In this document: positions 40,076 through 52,415 of the stretch, one piece after another | Position numbering within the stretch: position 1 is the stretch's first letter | How the letters are laid out: every line of letters begins with the position of its first letter | NCBI GenBank assembly: GCA_001643675.2 | Contig: LSRY02000004.1 | Coordinates: forward strand, 372,001 to 436,000 | DNA length: 64,000 bases | Direction: 5' to 3' | DNA from: Monocercomonoides exilis PA203 | Lineage: Eukaryota > Protista > Preaxostyla | Made by a program: the position numbers and the translations under genes | Notes under the pieces: model-generated | The model's input: the letters and a program-made list of their open reading frames with translations, nothing else | Database searches by the model: none | What the model was told of the DNA's origin: nothing

Positions 40076-42568
40076 ATGTTTGATGGAGGACTTGTGGCTG
40101 GAAAAAAATACATAGTTATTTCTGTTGTTGCATTACAAGCAAATGCACATCCTGTTTTTTGGGGACTTCGAAAACATTGCGCAACTTCAGAACAATACTG
40201 CGAGCTTGCAATGAATATTATGAAAGAGATGAAGGAAATAAAATCAGTGGTTAGATGTTTCTGTACTGACGGCTTAAAATCTCAGAAAATTGCGATTGAA
40301 AACATTCATGAATCATTGAAAACATATACAGCAGATTACGTTGATTATGATATTATTCCGTTCTTTGTTTACTGCAACAACCACTTGATAAACCTGATTG
40401 TAATACACTTGTTTGACTCTGACAAATATCTGAAAGATTTGAAGGAAACCATTGTCCAATTTTCAAAGAATTACAGAAAGCGTGCAACAAAGGATATATC
40501 GAAACCCAAGTGTCCAGTTTTTATCTCAACACGTTGGCTTTGTTTATATAATATTTGTTTTTTTATTAGAAAAAACTCTGATTTAATTCTCGATTTAAAT
40601 TTATTAGATAGATCAACAATAACAGATGTAATTAAATGCAAAGTTCTACTGTTCCCTCTTCAAACAATGCATCTCATTTTTGAGGATGATAAAACAAAGC
40701 TTGGTTCAGTATTTCAATGTATTTTACAAGCGTATGCTCAGTACACATGGCTATCTGAACTTGAAATATTTAAAGATGAAAAGTGGAATCAGAACATAAT
40801 ACAATGCATGGTTTTGTTACACAATTATTTTTTTGCAGGAGCAAGAGGAAATTTTCTTGCTCTTGCATTTTCATTAACGCCAGAAGGTTCGACTTTGTAC
40901 AGACAAGGCATGTTCATGAAATCTTTCTCACAAAAATTGGAAATTTTGAAAAATCTACACTCATCAAAAAATACCATTTCCCACAACGAAATATCCTCCC
41001 GTGAAATTGAAAGCGCTGCATCATCATCGTCGCAATCTGAACAAAACTCAGCAAAAACAATGCACTTCAATTCATTGACGTATTTGCCACCCTCACAAAA
41101 ATCTATATGTTCATCTGAAAATATTTATCTTGCGACGAATCATTCATTGGAATCATTCTCGAATTTTTCTGCCAAAACAACAAATCATCAATGTCAGTCA
41201 ACTCATTTTCAAAGTGAAACAACGGTTTTAACATCTTCACAAATGTTAAAGAGGGATCACCTTCAAAATGTTTCACCATTTAGCGTCAACGAATTACGAT
41301 TATCAATAAATAAATACAAAAAGGAAACACAACAAATAAATTCAATACCTCACACAGTTACATCTTTATTCACCAATCCTCTATTATCGACACAATTTTT
41401 ATCACCACTTGGACCAAAATCATCAAATGATAATATCCTTTCAACCATCATAAAATGTCTTGAGGAGAATTGTGCTTTGAATACATCATGTGAAGAAAAA
41501 GATGACGAAGAAATTTATAACGAGGATTTTGAAGAAATTTTCGGACTTGTTGAAGCTGAACAAGAGTCAGAAAATGACGAGTTTGATGAAACAAGGCTAT
41601 CCTCCAGTTTAGCATCCATTTCACCTTCGTTTTATCCCACTCGATTGGTTGATGCATCTTCAAAGCTCAGCGAAACAAACGATACAAACAGAATGGATGT
41701 TGAAAACACAGAAATTGGATCAAGCTGTTCGGAAGGAATAGAGGAGGAGGAAGTGGAAGAAATAGGTTCAAGCGGAAAAATTGATGATTCAAATATTCAG
41801 ATCACAGAAGAAAGAAAAAAATGCTTGTCGCAAATATTGCAGGCAATTCATATGGATTGGTTTGCAAGAATAAAAAGCGGATTCGTATCATATGTGAAGA
41901 AAGTCTTGTTTAATCAATCAGATCAACTTCAATCCGAGTGCATATCCTTGCTTTCTTATTTTCTGATTGATTATCATCCTTCGATTGTGCAGGACAATCC
42001 CTTTATTTATTACTTCGAAATTGGAAAATACAGAACAGTGCCTAATATTTATGCAAATATTTGTTACTCTCTAATCGTAGCTCCTGTAAGTGAATCCTCA
42101 TGTGAACGTCTTTTTTCTCGCCTGAAAAGAATCATTGGAGAAAGAAGATACTCCTTAAATCTGGACACACTGAATGCGTTGTTAATTTTGTGAAACGTTG
42201 ATGTTCATAATGTTATTTATCAATTACATTTTTTACTAAGTTATTATTTTTTTATTCTAATTTTTGACACATTCACCGATAGTTACAGATAACAAATTTA
42301 AGTTGTTTCTCTTGACTTTTGTTGTTCATGAAAGAGGAATAAAAACAATATAGGCAAAGTGAATAACTTCAGCGAGAGCAAGGAAAAAATAACAAATGAA
42401 GAAAAATGGGATGAATCTCTTTTCGAACATTTGATAATTACAACTTCATAATTGACCGTGTTGCTGGTTGAATAGGTCTTTTAACGATAATGGATTGTAA
42501 GTTGAAATGTTATCAGCACAAGATAACGAAGCCTTGAACATTTTTGCGAGAAGCATTAAATGCTTTGT

Positions 42569-43830
42569 TCATCTGGACTCTTTGCTATGCCATATTAGTC
42601 TCCACTGCAGTCTTTTCTTGTGTTGCATCTTCTTTCTGATCAGTAGAAATTCGTATTGAATACAGAAAGCATTGCTGCACCAAGCAGAAACCGCTGGACG
42701 AGCACGCGCTTCTCCTCTACGAGCGAGAATCTGGTGTTGGCGTTGTGTTCTTGTCACAACCTGAAAGTATTGAGCAGTGTGCTTTGCCTGCCGCTCATAG
42801 TCTTGGATTCTTTTTGCTTGATTTCTTCCATTAGGCATTAAATGCTTCTTATTTTGAAACGGCTTTTGAACAGTTAAGCTATATTGTTTCAACATTCCAA
42901 TCGAGAACTCCACTGTCTTCTTCGTCCCATACTTCTTCGCTCCATTCAACAGCTCCGGCGCCTTCCACCTCAGACACTCTTTCTTGTAATCGTCCTCGTC
43001 TTCAAAGGCAGACGAGGGCAGAGAGTCACTGCCATCATCATCGTCGTCATCACTGGCAGAGGTTACGACTGTTGAGGATGAGACAGAGGAGGAGTCTGAG
43101 TCGTCAGAAGATGAGCAGTCGGAGTGGAGGGCAATGCAGATAACCATGTGCTCCGAGAATAATACAATGTGTGGACTGAGATTGGCCAGCGAAGGCAATT
43201 CTTTTTCTTCATCAAACGAGTGGAGTGCGAGATTCGCCATCCAGAACAGGATCTGTGCAGCTGTTTGTTCTCTCTCCTTCAATGAGCTAATTGCCATCTC
43301 CTTTGTCTTGTTCAGCCCATGCAACAGCATGAACAGCGAATCCCTCAGATCCACAATCAGCTTCTCATGTGGAGATGAGCAGGCCATTGCATCCACCAGA
43401 TTCGACATCGACGAGGTTGTTGGACATAAACTCTCTAATCGAACAAATGTGGAATCTGAGTCAGTTGTTGAAGTGGATGAAATGGATGAAATTGATGGTG
43501 ATGGTGTTCTCTTCCTTATCTCTTCCTCCTCCTCCTTCTCCAGCACCCATTCGGGGATCTTGTCTGAATCTTTTCCCAAAATATATTCAGTTGATCCACT
43601 CTCAGACAGAAGATGCTCTGATGACTCCGAATGTCCCAGGCTTTTCTTATACACCCTCTTTTTGATCCTTTCTTCATTCTTCTTCTCTGCTTCCCTCTCA
43701 TCTCTCCTCCACTGCCCTCATGCGAAATCTTTTTTGTAACCATCTCAAATGTCTTTGGATCTTTTCTCATTGTATCATTCTCAATAACTTCACATCTCTT
43801 CGTTTCTTCTGAGATATTTTCTCTAATCAA
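42569..43830 (-). pseudogene. Frameshifted, 5'-truncated fragment of a multicopy kinase-like host family, inside the hAT
   Basis: LANLSPHIVLFSEH, ECLRWKAPELL and FSIGML resemble degenerate kinase subdomains VIb-IX. Frameshift near 43730 and scrambled C-terminus. Family recognised from memory of Monocercomonoides proteins. Confidence 0.65.
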
Positions 43831-44477
43831 ACAGTTGAAATAAATAAGAAAATTTGCAGCAAAAACATTAATAATTAATGCAACTTTCAAACACAAGAAA
43901 TCCTTATTTTTCTTTGAAAATATGAACCATTGTACCATCATCAATTTTAAATTGCCTTTATTTCATAAAATCAACATAAGTCTATACCAAAACAATACAA
44001 TGATATTTCAAAAACACTAATATATTGCACAAACTTTCAAAAACCTTTTTTTTTCAGATTTGTATTAAGTCAAGCTCATTCGGCCACCACTTGTGAAATA
44101 TGCGAATGAGGAAAATTATCAAACAATAAGAAATGATAATTCATTTTAAAAAATACGAAACTTAAATAATTGTTTAAAAAAAGAATATCTTGAAAGAGAC
44201 CTAAATGAAACTTGCGAGAATTAAAAAACATGCAATCCGCCTCAAATAAATGTTTCAACTATATATGAAATTCGAAGTTTACAGCATTTAATACATCATG
44301 ATTCGACTGATAAACAATTAACAATTTTGATCACACCCATACCAATGAAAAATTTATTGTATAATTATGGATAACAAGATCTTTGAAAAAACAATCACAA
44401 TTCATTAAGAAAAAATTTTTTGTTATTATGTTATTCGTTTTATTTTATCGAATTGAGCAACACAAGCATTCATTCAC

Positions 44478-44480
<3 letters not shown>

Positions 44481-44533
<53 letters not shown>
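44481..44533. repeat. Poly-A tract (~53 nt)
   Basis: Seen directly, ~50 bp inside the right hAT TIR. Confidence 0.95.
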
Positions 44534-44537
<4 letters not shown>

Positions 44538-45047
44538 TCGACACAAGATTTTATTATCGACCGACACGAACGTCACAAATTTTATATGTCGCAAAGGTTT
44601 AATTTATAAATCTATGCTTCAAATTTTTTGAGTCTATTTTTATGAAAATTGACTTAAGGAAAAAAGGAAAAGGACAAATAATTTCTCTTTATTATTCGAT
44701 TAAAAAAGCAAAAATCTTATTATTGATAATGATGTGAGTAAAAAATTATGAGGTATGTATTTGTTTTCGAAATTTCATTTTCTCCATTTGAATATTCAAT
44801 TCGAATATTTGTTGATTGCATATTTAAAATAAGCACAAAAAGAAAAATCAAACAAATACATAAATGAAAAAATTTTTCATTTATCATTCAAATCGACTTT
44901 CGAATCAACAATAATGACTTTTAACTTCGAAAGAAAAAATTTTTGTTTGTGATAAAAAGTCACTGATTATCAATTCGTGGAAAAAAGATATGGGTGTTTA
45001 TTTTTGAAATCATGTTTTTTCTATTAAATTACATGGCTTTAATGTTT

Positions 45048-45510
45048 ATATGGGTGATTATTTATGAAATCATAACTTTTTTCGGGGTGTTAGAAATTCT
45101 TATATTTTGTTTCTTGGAAGAGGAATTGTTATTTTGAAGGAAAAAAAAACATAATAATTGTTTGAAAAAACGATATTCGAGAACGTTTAAAAAAAAAAAC
45201 TCTTTTCAGCAGCTATTACTTTACAGTATCGATTAATCTACATTTTAAGTGAAAACTCAGACCGAAATTTTTGATTGAAAAAATATGGATTCAAAAATAA
45301 ATACACATATTGCATATTTGTCAGTGAACATTGAAAAGTGATAACACCGTTGACAAAAAAAATTGTCACAAATGCAACTCAAATGTGTTCATTTGAAATA
45401 ATTGCAATTTGTTTAATACTCGAATGATAATCTTCTGGTCATGATCAAAAGAAAACAAAAAAAATTAAAACTCCGAAAAAAGTGATGATTTCAAAAATAA
45501 TCACCCATAT
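45048..45510. mobile_element. MITE-like element with ~40-bp imperfect TIRs (ATATGGGTGATTATTT...)
   Basis: 45048-45090 is the reverse complement of ~45468-45510 with about 4 mismatches; non-coding interior; degenerate third copy at ~44988-45020. TSD (AT/ATAT) cannot be separated from the TIR. Confidence 0.65.
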
Positions 45511-46687
45511 GTTTGCAAAAATAATCACCAATTAAAAATTAATTTTTTTAATGAGTTGGAACGGAAATTCGATTTTTTTAGAACTTTATTGATTGTTTGA
45601 AAAATGAAAAAAAATAAATTTCTCATAAGAAACGACCAGTTAGTTAAATTTTGTTCAGATATTTTTTATTAATGAAATTGAACAAATATTAAAAATTCTT
45701 TGTTATTTTGCGCTTTTTGAAAAAGAATTTTCAAACAAGAGGCTTTAGAGAAAGATATTCAATTGTTAATAATTATTTTTAAAAAAAATGTCGAAAATTA
45801 GTAATTCACAGTCTTTAGAGATAATGGAGCCACAATAAAGATATTTGATTAATTTCATATTTTTGTCACAAACTGAAATATGATGAATGATTAAATAGTT
45901 CACATAAATATCCAAAAAAGAAAGAAAATTACTATAATATCTGGAAATGTTGTCACTAGAAAAAATTATATATTAATTATTTTCATATTTTATTTTTATC
46001 TTTCATAAATATTTGAATTCTCGTTTTTTTATGAGTGTCTGATAAAAAACTTCTTAAATTTATAATTTTTTTTCTTAATAAATAATAACATCAAAATCAT
46101 AAAATGATCGAATGACGAAATTTTTCTCATGAAGATACAAATGGTGTGAAATATTAAGCTTTACGAATTTTGTTGCACTTAAGAATGCCTTGTATTATTT
46201 CAGTTTTTTACTAAATTTTCTTTTATGGGAATGTTTCATTTTTTATGATACGATTGTATTTTTTTATGGAGCAATACAAGATTTTTTTTATAAACGGAAA
46301 AAATACGTTCCTGTTGTTCTCCACTTTTGAAAGAGAAGTAATTTCACAGCATATTGTTGGAATTCCTGAAATGTTGAAAATGAGTCATCATTTTTCAAAT
46401 CATATATTTTTACGTGGAATGTTTTATTTTTTCATTCGCAGTTGTTTTCAAAAGAAACATCAAAAAAGTGTTGCATGCTTTTTTATTATTGTCTTTTGAA
46501 TGAATGTTGTCACAAAAAGAGAGAGAAGTTTCTGTTTGATTTTTCAAAAATATTTGATTGACACCTTAGTTTTTGCGACAAATTGTCAATTCGAAAATTT
46601 TGTCTGAAAAATTTTGAAATCAAAAAGAATGACCCAATTTCAAAGAAAAAAAAAATCTATCGGAAAGAAAAGATAATTATTAATTTG

Positions 46688-47202
46688 GGTAAATGCAGAA
46701 AATAGGGGTACCAAAATTTTTTCATTGTTTTGTAATATATTGTAATAAAAACTTAATTCACATTTATTCATGCGTTGCATATAAGTTATACGTCAAATAA
46801 GAAAATTATGAAGGAAAAATGAAACAAACAATATCATATTCAAATTTGTTTTCTAATTTTATTATTATTTTGTTCAATTCAATAAATTTCAAAAAAAAGG
46901 AAAATTTGAATTATTACCGTCAAATACCTAGAAACAGGACGTAATATCATGCTTTTCAATGGCGCAACATGTAAAGTGGATTTTAAAGTTGTGGATAGCC
47001 GTGATGCTTCAAAATTATTTTTTAAGTTAATATTTTGGGTTACTTTTTTTTTTTCAAGATTTATTCATTGATACGCACTAATTTTTCTCCAAACCTAAAA
47101 AATTGTAATTATTTATCTTATAAATAGCATGTGGCTTGATGATAACGCAAGATGAATGATTAACTTCAAGATTTTTAGGTACCCCTATCTTCTGCTCTTA
47201 CC
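46688..47202. mobile_element. Non-autonomous Merlin-type MITE, 515 bp
   Basis: 25-bp TIRs matching 22/25 (GGTAAATGCAGAAAATAGGGGTACC vs GGTAAGAGCAGAAGATAGGGGTACC); perfect 8-bp TSD TTAATTTG (46680-46687 and 47203-47210). Confidence 0.88.
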
Positions 47203-47474
47203 TTAATTTGATATTTTTTTAAAGAATTTTTTTGATGTTTAAGAAAATAGTCAATTCAACAATTTCTATATGAAGTTTTTAAACAATCAATTGGTTTGAA
47301 AGCGAAAAAAATTTAATAACAACTCATTAACATAAGAAAATAAAAATATCTTGTATGTTTTACATCATGAATAGATAAATTTATCACTTTTAATAAACTT
47401 TTAAAATTTTATTTTTGACAAGATTTTAAAATCATTATTGTGTTGGGGTTCTGATCAATTTTGTTGATATTTTA

Positions 47475-47809
47475 ATGGCAGGGTTTGTATTTATAAAAAG
47501 TCTATTCAGTCTTAACTATCCTTTTCAAACACATTCAATTTTCAATATAAATTTGAAATAATATTCTGTATTTTGAAGAACGGGACAAACAACAAAAACT
47601 CTTTCATTTGGTGGAAGTGGAATGTTTAAGCAATACGGGAAAGATGACGCACCAGGAATTCCAGTGTTTGATGTTATTTAATGACTTTTTCAATTATTTC
47701 ATTTGAATTTGTTATTATGTTTTAAAGAGGGCCAAATGGTGTTCTTGGACTTAGCATTGGTTTCGTTGCCGTTGTTCTTGTACTCCATATCATTGGAAAA
47801 TTCTTTTAA
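47475..47809 (+). CDS. SEC61B: Sec61 subunit beta, 58 aa; exons 47475-47482, 47579-47665, 47728-47809
   Basis: Spliced product MAGTGQTTKTLSFGGSGMFKQYGKDDAPGIPVGPNGVLGLSIGFVAVVLVLHIIGKFF matches the Sec61beta Y.DD.PG..vgP..VL...LHI.GK signature; two GTTTG...AAG introns keep the frame. Confidence 0.9.
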
Positions 47810-48016
47810 ATGTAAGATAACTTTTTATCTTTTGATTGAGTGCGTTAAAGTCCACCTAGCAGTTTTCATAACGTTTCCGAAGTTTCTTTTAGCACTCTAA
47901 AAAATAAAATAGAATTTTGTGTACAAAATATAATTTTATAATTAAAATAATTTTTTAGAAGTTAAAAAAAATATTAAACAAAAAAACAAATTTCTTCTTT
48001 ATGTTATTATGACAAT

Positions 48017-50604
48017 TTAAATTCCTCTTCTCCATGATGGGACACTACGTGATTGAACAGATAGAATATAATTTTGATTTGATTGGGTGGTTTTTCTTCC
48101 AATTCCTTCTTTTTTTGATTCTTTAATTGATTGAAGATCAACGGAAGTTGAAAAAGCAGATGTTGGTCTTAGAAGTCGTGAAGCATCTCGCTTTGCAACA
48201 ACCGTTGGCTTTTCATTCATAAATACAAGTAAAAAAAAAAATGTTAAAATTTAAATAAAAGAAACAAGGTTTACAATTTCAAACCGTTGCATTTAATACG
48301 ATTGCAGATTTTTTCATTTTATCTTTTTCAAGTTTCATTGCAGCTTCTCTCCTTTCTACAGCTTTGATCATGCCAAATCGAGATTTTTCTATCAAAGATG
48401 CCGAAGAAGGGCGAGAAAGTGCACGTTTTCGCTGCTGCTCCCTAAGAATTGTTTGCCTTTGTTGTTCTTCATTTTCAATCTGAAACGAAAAAGAAAAGAA
48501 AGTCACATAATCATTATGATAAAAAGCAGAAATGATTGAAATGAATATTAACTGAAGGAGAATGATGGCAAACCTCAAGTCTTCTTTGTAGCAGTTTTTT
48601 TTCTATTTCTTCCTAAAGATATTAAAAAAAAAATATTATTAATAAATATAGAAATATCAAAAAACCCTTCGATGCTTTTCTTGTTCCTGTTTTTGACGTT
48701 CTTCTTCTCGTTTTTTCTTTAATTCAGTCAAAGCTGCCTCCCTTTCAATTCTTTGTTTCTCTTCCTATGTGATACATCAAAAATATATTCAATAATAAAT
48801 GTAAATTGCGAAAAAAAAAAAAAAAAATAAAGAAAACTTTAAAGTCGATTGCTGCAAAAAATAACAACAAAACGATAGACTTGTAAATTTCTATAATGAA
48901 TTTCTTAATCTTTTCAATTATTGTTTCTAATTTTCTTTTCGCAGTCATTTCATTCTCATACTTTCCAAAGAGCTATTTGCTTTTTCTTTTCCTCTCTGAT
49001 TTGTTTTTGTAGTTGAGCAATTCTTTAATAAAAAATAAAAAGCAATAAGATTTGTCAATATGAAAGTGGGAAATTAGAAATAAAAAAAAAAAAAATACTT
49101 TTGTTTTTGCTTTATTTCGTCATCTTTCGATTGTTCATCTACCTCGTCGCTGAATTCTTCTGCAATTTTCTTCACTCTCATCTATTGCATCATTCAAATA
49201 TAGAAAAATTTCACAAAGGTGTAAATAAAATTGAGTTAAAGTTTAACACACACAAAATATACACTTGAAAACATTCACTTTCTTCAATAAAGAAAGAAAC
49301 AAATAAAAAATATTTTTTTTCATTTTCAAAAATAATTTTAACATCAAAACACATTAAAAAATTCCCAAAATTAGATCATTACATCACTTCGATGCTTTCA
49401 ATCATATTATTCTTAAAAATACCTCTTTCTTTCGCTTCCACTCTGCCAACGCATTCTGCTTTCTTTCTTGAAGTTGTAAAAGCCGTTCGTAAAATCTAAT
49501 GTGCTGCTTCAATTCCTCTTCAGAACGAAATCCGAACAGGCGCTGAAGCTCTTCGATCATAGCAGAATGAGACTAAATGTTTAAGTTTTTGTTGTCGTTT
49601 CAGAAATCATAAATATTGAATTCCAAATATATAGATGCACACCGTGTGTTTAAAATACACTTTTACAAAGTGATTATGATCTGGATCGCTCCATCCATCC
49701 GTTAAGCCATGATCGCCAATAAAATCTTGATACATGGCTACATCAATCGGTAGTTTCTAAACAATAATAAATATAAATATGAATTCATAAAATTAAAAAA
49801 AGGCATTCACTTTATACAAAAAATAACCTCCTCAAATAATGTATTATGCTTGCGTTTTGAAATATCGTTCTGAGCGTATCCATCTTCATAATCACTTTCA
49901 ATTACTGCTTTTTCGCTGATCTCTTCATTTCGCAACATGATTTTCCGGTTACCAGCTTTCGAAGGAGATGATTGGCTAATTTTCATCTTCAAATCTGGAA
50001 GGGGTTCAGAAGCCCACAAATCTGCCTTTTCACTTATCAGTCTCAGCTCTGAATCAAGTTCTTGCTCCATTTCAATCATGTCATTTAACTGTATTTGTAA
50101 ATTATTTTTTTGATTGAATATCTGCTTTTCTGTTTCTTCAAGATGTAATTGAAGTTCAGATATATCTGAAAAATCAAATTTGACGAATTTCTCTCACATT
50201 AAAAGATAATAATAGAATACTGTCAGCAAAACGTCCAGAAGCAAGTTCACCTTTTGTTTTCTTAATGATCTTTTTAACATTTACAATGTCATCATGAATT
50301 CGAGAATCTATAATTTTGATTATTTCTTAAAAGCTTGAATTTACACTTAAACACAAACAATTATCTTTTCTTAATGCAGATGCATGTGACAAATCTTCAA
50401 TAATATCGTGATAATCATCAGTAAATGGCGATTTTTGGTTTTGAAAAAATAAATTGCAATCTCGTTCTAGGAGCTTTATTCTTTTTAAACAATTATAAAA
50501 ATTTGAATATTTTAAAGATTTTAAAATTTCTATTAATAAATAAAAGACCTGCCTTTTAAACGTCCAACTTCTTGAATCCAATTTCTTTTTTCTCTTATAG
50601 CCAT
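48017..50604 (-). CDS. CCDC112: CCDC112-like coiled-coil protein, multi-exon (not all junctions resolved)
   Basis: Exon translations IKLLERDCNLFFQNQKSPF, GWSDPDHNHFVKV, EELKQHIRFYERLLQLQERKQNALAEWK, RDASRLLRPT and VPSWRRGI* follow conserved CCDC112 blocks in order. Start codon tentative. Confidence 0.72.
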
Positions 50605-50710
50605 ATATTAATGAGAATGTAATTTTTTGGATTGTCTACCCATTCTAAAATAAAAGACGTATACAAATGATATAATTTGATCCTTTCTTGTCAAAGTTTC
50701 AGAAAAGACC

Positions 50711-52146
50711 ATGACTTATAGAGAGATTGTATCTGGCATTTACAATGTTGGTGTAGTTGATGCATTGGAAAGAGAATTCCATGTGCATGAAATTGGACGT
50801 GGAACATCTTATAACAGCTTTTTGATCAAAGATACAAAAATTACACTTATCGATACAGTAAAAGAGAATTTTGCACATCAATTTATTGATAACATCAAAG
50901 CATGCCTTCATGGAAAACAAGGGGATACAGGAGATGATGAGATTTTGAAGCAGTATGCAATGACATTTTCCTTTGTAAACATTTGATCAATATTTTCAGG
51001 ATCCAAATCATTTATGTTCTTCACACAGAGCCGGATCACAATGGAAGTTTACGTACATTGCACTCCCTTTGCCCAGATGCGGAAATCGTTTGCGGAAAAA
51101 TGGTTAAACAAAATCTTCTTCGTTGGTATCCAGAATCAAAAGATTGGAAAATCCATGTGGTTGCAAATAATGAGAAAATATCCACTGGAGAGTATTCATT
51201 GCAACTTATTGAAACGCCTTTGCTTCATTGGAATGATTCAACATTTGCATACATGGCTGAAAGGAAGCTTCTTTTCACTTCAGATGCATTTGGACAGCAC
51301 ATTGGAAATAACCTGAACACTGATTCTGATCTTGGCGAAGATGATCTCCTCGTACAAATGAAAGTTTATTATGCACAAGTGTTCAGCCAAGTTGTGAATC
51401 CAACTTTGAAAATGGTGAAAGATATTGAGAAGGCATCTACCGGAAAAGCAACTGAGACAACAGCTGGTTGCGAATGGAAATCCGGATTTGATTCAAGTGG
51501 AATTGATGGAATTCTTCCGGCACATGGTGTGTGCTTGCTTAAGAAAAGCACGATCGAAAGATCCGTGCGTCTTTACAGAAGATGGGCGGAACAAGTGCCT
51601 TGCCGTAAAGTTGTTATCTTGTACGAATCAATTTACGATACAGTTGGAAAGATTGCTCGCACAATGCGTGCTTCAATCGAACGATGTGCAGCAGAAGAGG
51701 CAATGAAAATTGCTTCTTCTTCCGCAACTCCATCAGGAACCGCAGCTCCAGCTCCTGTGGTTGTCGAGTTCATGTGCGCACGTAGAAACACGGTTTTGGA
51801 TATTGTTGGTGAGATTTTGGATGCGCCTGTTGTGCTCATTGGCTCAGCTACATTCAACAATGCAATTTTGCCGAATCTGATGAAAATGCTTCATACAATT
51901 CGCAGTTACAAGTGGAAAGAAAAGAAAGTCGTTTTGTTTGGAGCATATGGATGGACCCAACTTGCAATGAAAGAGCTGGAAAAGATTGTTGTTGAGGAAA
52001 TGAAGTGGAAGCCACTTTGCCCGCTTATTAGCTGCATCAATGAAATGGATGCTGCTACCGAAGAAAAAGCGAAAGAGGCAGGAGTTCTTGCCTTCAAGGC
52101 AGCAATGGAAATCGGATTGCCAGGAGGATGCCTTGCACTTGAGTAG
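50711..52146 (+). CDS. fprA: Class A flavodiiron protein (FprA-like O2/NO reductase), 462 aa; exons 50711-50952, 51000-52146
   Basis: GTSYNSFLI; diiron ligands HTEPDH, LHW, SDAFGQH, PAHG; flavodoxin domain YESIYD...GSATFN...FGAYGW; 47-nt GTATGC...CAG intron. Confidence 0.93.
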
Positions 52147-52415
52147 ATTAAAATTGAAAAACGATCCTTTTAATATTAACTGTATTTTATTTTCTGAATT
52201 TATAATGTAATAGTTTTCAACCTTTAATATAGCGGGTTTTTTTTTATTAATATTTTTATTTTATTCAATCACCCAATTTCAATAAAGTTTGTTCTACATT
52301 CATCATTTCTTCGTCAAATGAAACTTTTTTTTTTGAAATAAAAACAACTTAAAAACAAATCATCCTAAACAATTGAAATGTTAACGCTTTATGAATGAAA
52401 AATGTGACATTGCAT

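Larger units (their letters stand above)
37704..42193 (+). pseudogene. hAT transposase interrupted by Merlin insertion (probable exon 37704-37805, then 37869-38599 joined to 40084-42193)
   Basis: BED-like CPNC...HYCSLVH; reconstituted VMFDGG (Asp1), FCTDG (Asp2), CNNH (CxxH), STRW and APVSESSCERLFSRLKRII (Glu, dimerisation domain). Removing Merlin plus one TSD gives an open 946-aa frame from 37869. Putative phase-0 intron 37806-37868 (GTTTGC...AAG). Confidence 0.88.
37430..44601 (+). mobile_element. hAT DNA transposon, 7172 bp, with nested Merlin element and host-gene fragment
   Basis: Perfect 17-bp TIRs TAAACCTTTGCGACATA (37430-37446 and 44585-44601). 8-bp flanks ATTTATGA (37422-37429) and ATTTATAA (44602-44609) match 7/8. 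CGAC motifs cluster inside both ends. Confidence 0.9.

Noticed and set aside
37366-44533. Poly-T and poly-A tracts as element ends or a retroposon tail
   Set aside because: The poly-T is outside and the poly-A inside the TIR/TSD-defined hAT; no TSD, and the poly-A is on the wrong strand for the kinase-like fragment.
44602-47470. Short ORFs such as 46245-46499 (and 44383-44631, 31924-32160)
   Set aside because: AT-rich or homopolymer-derived, with no motifs.
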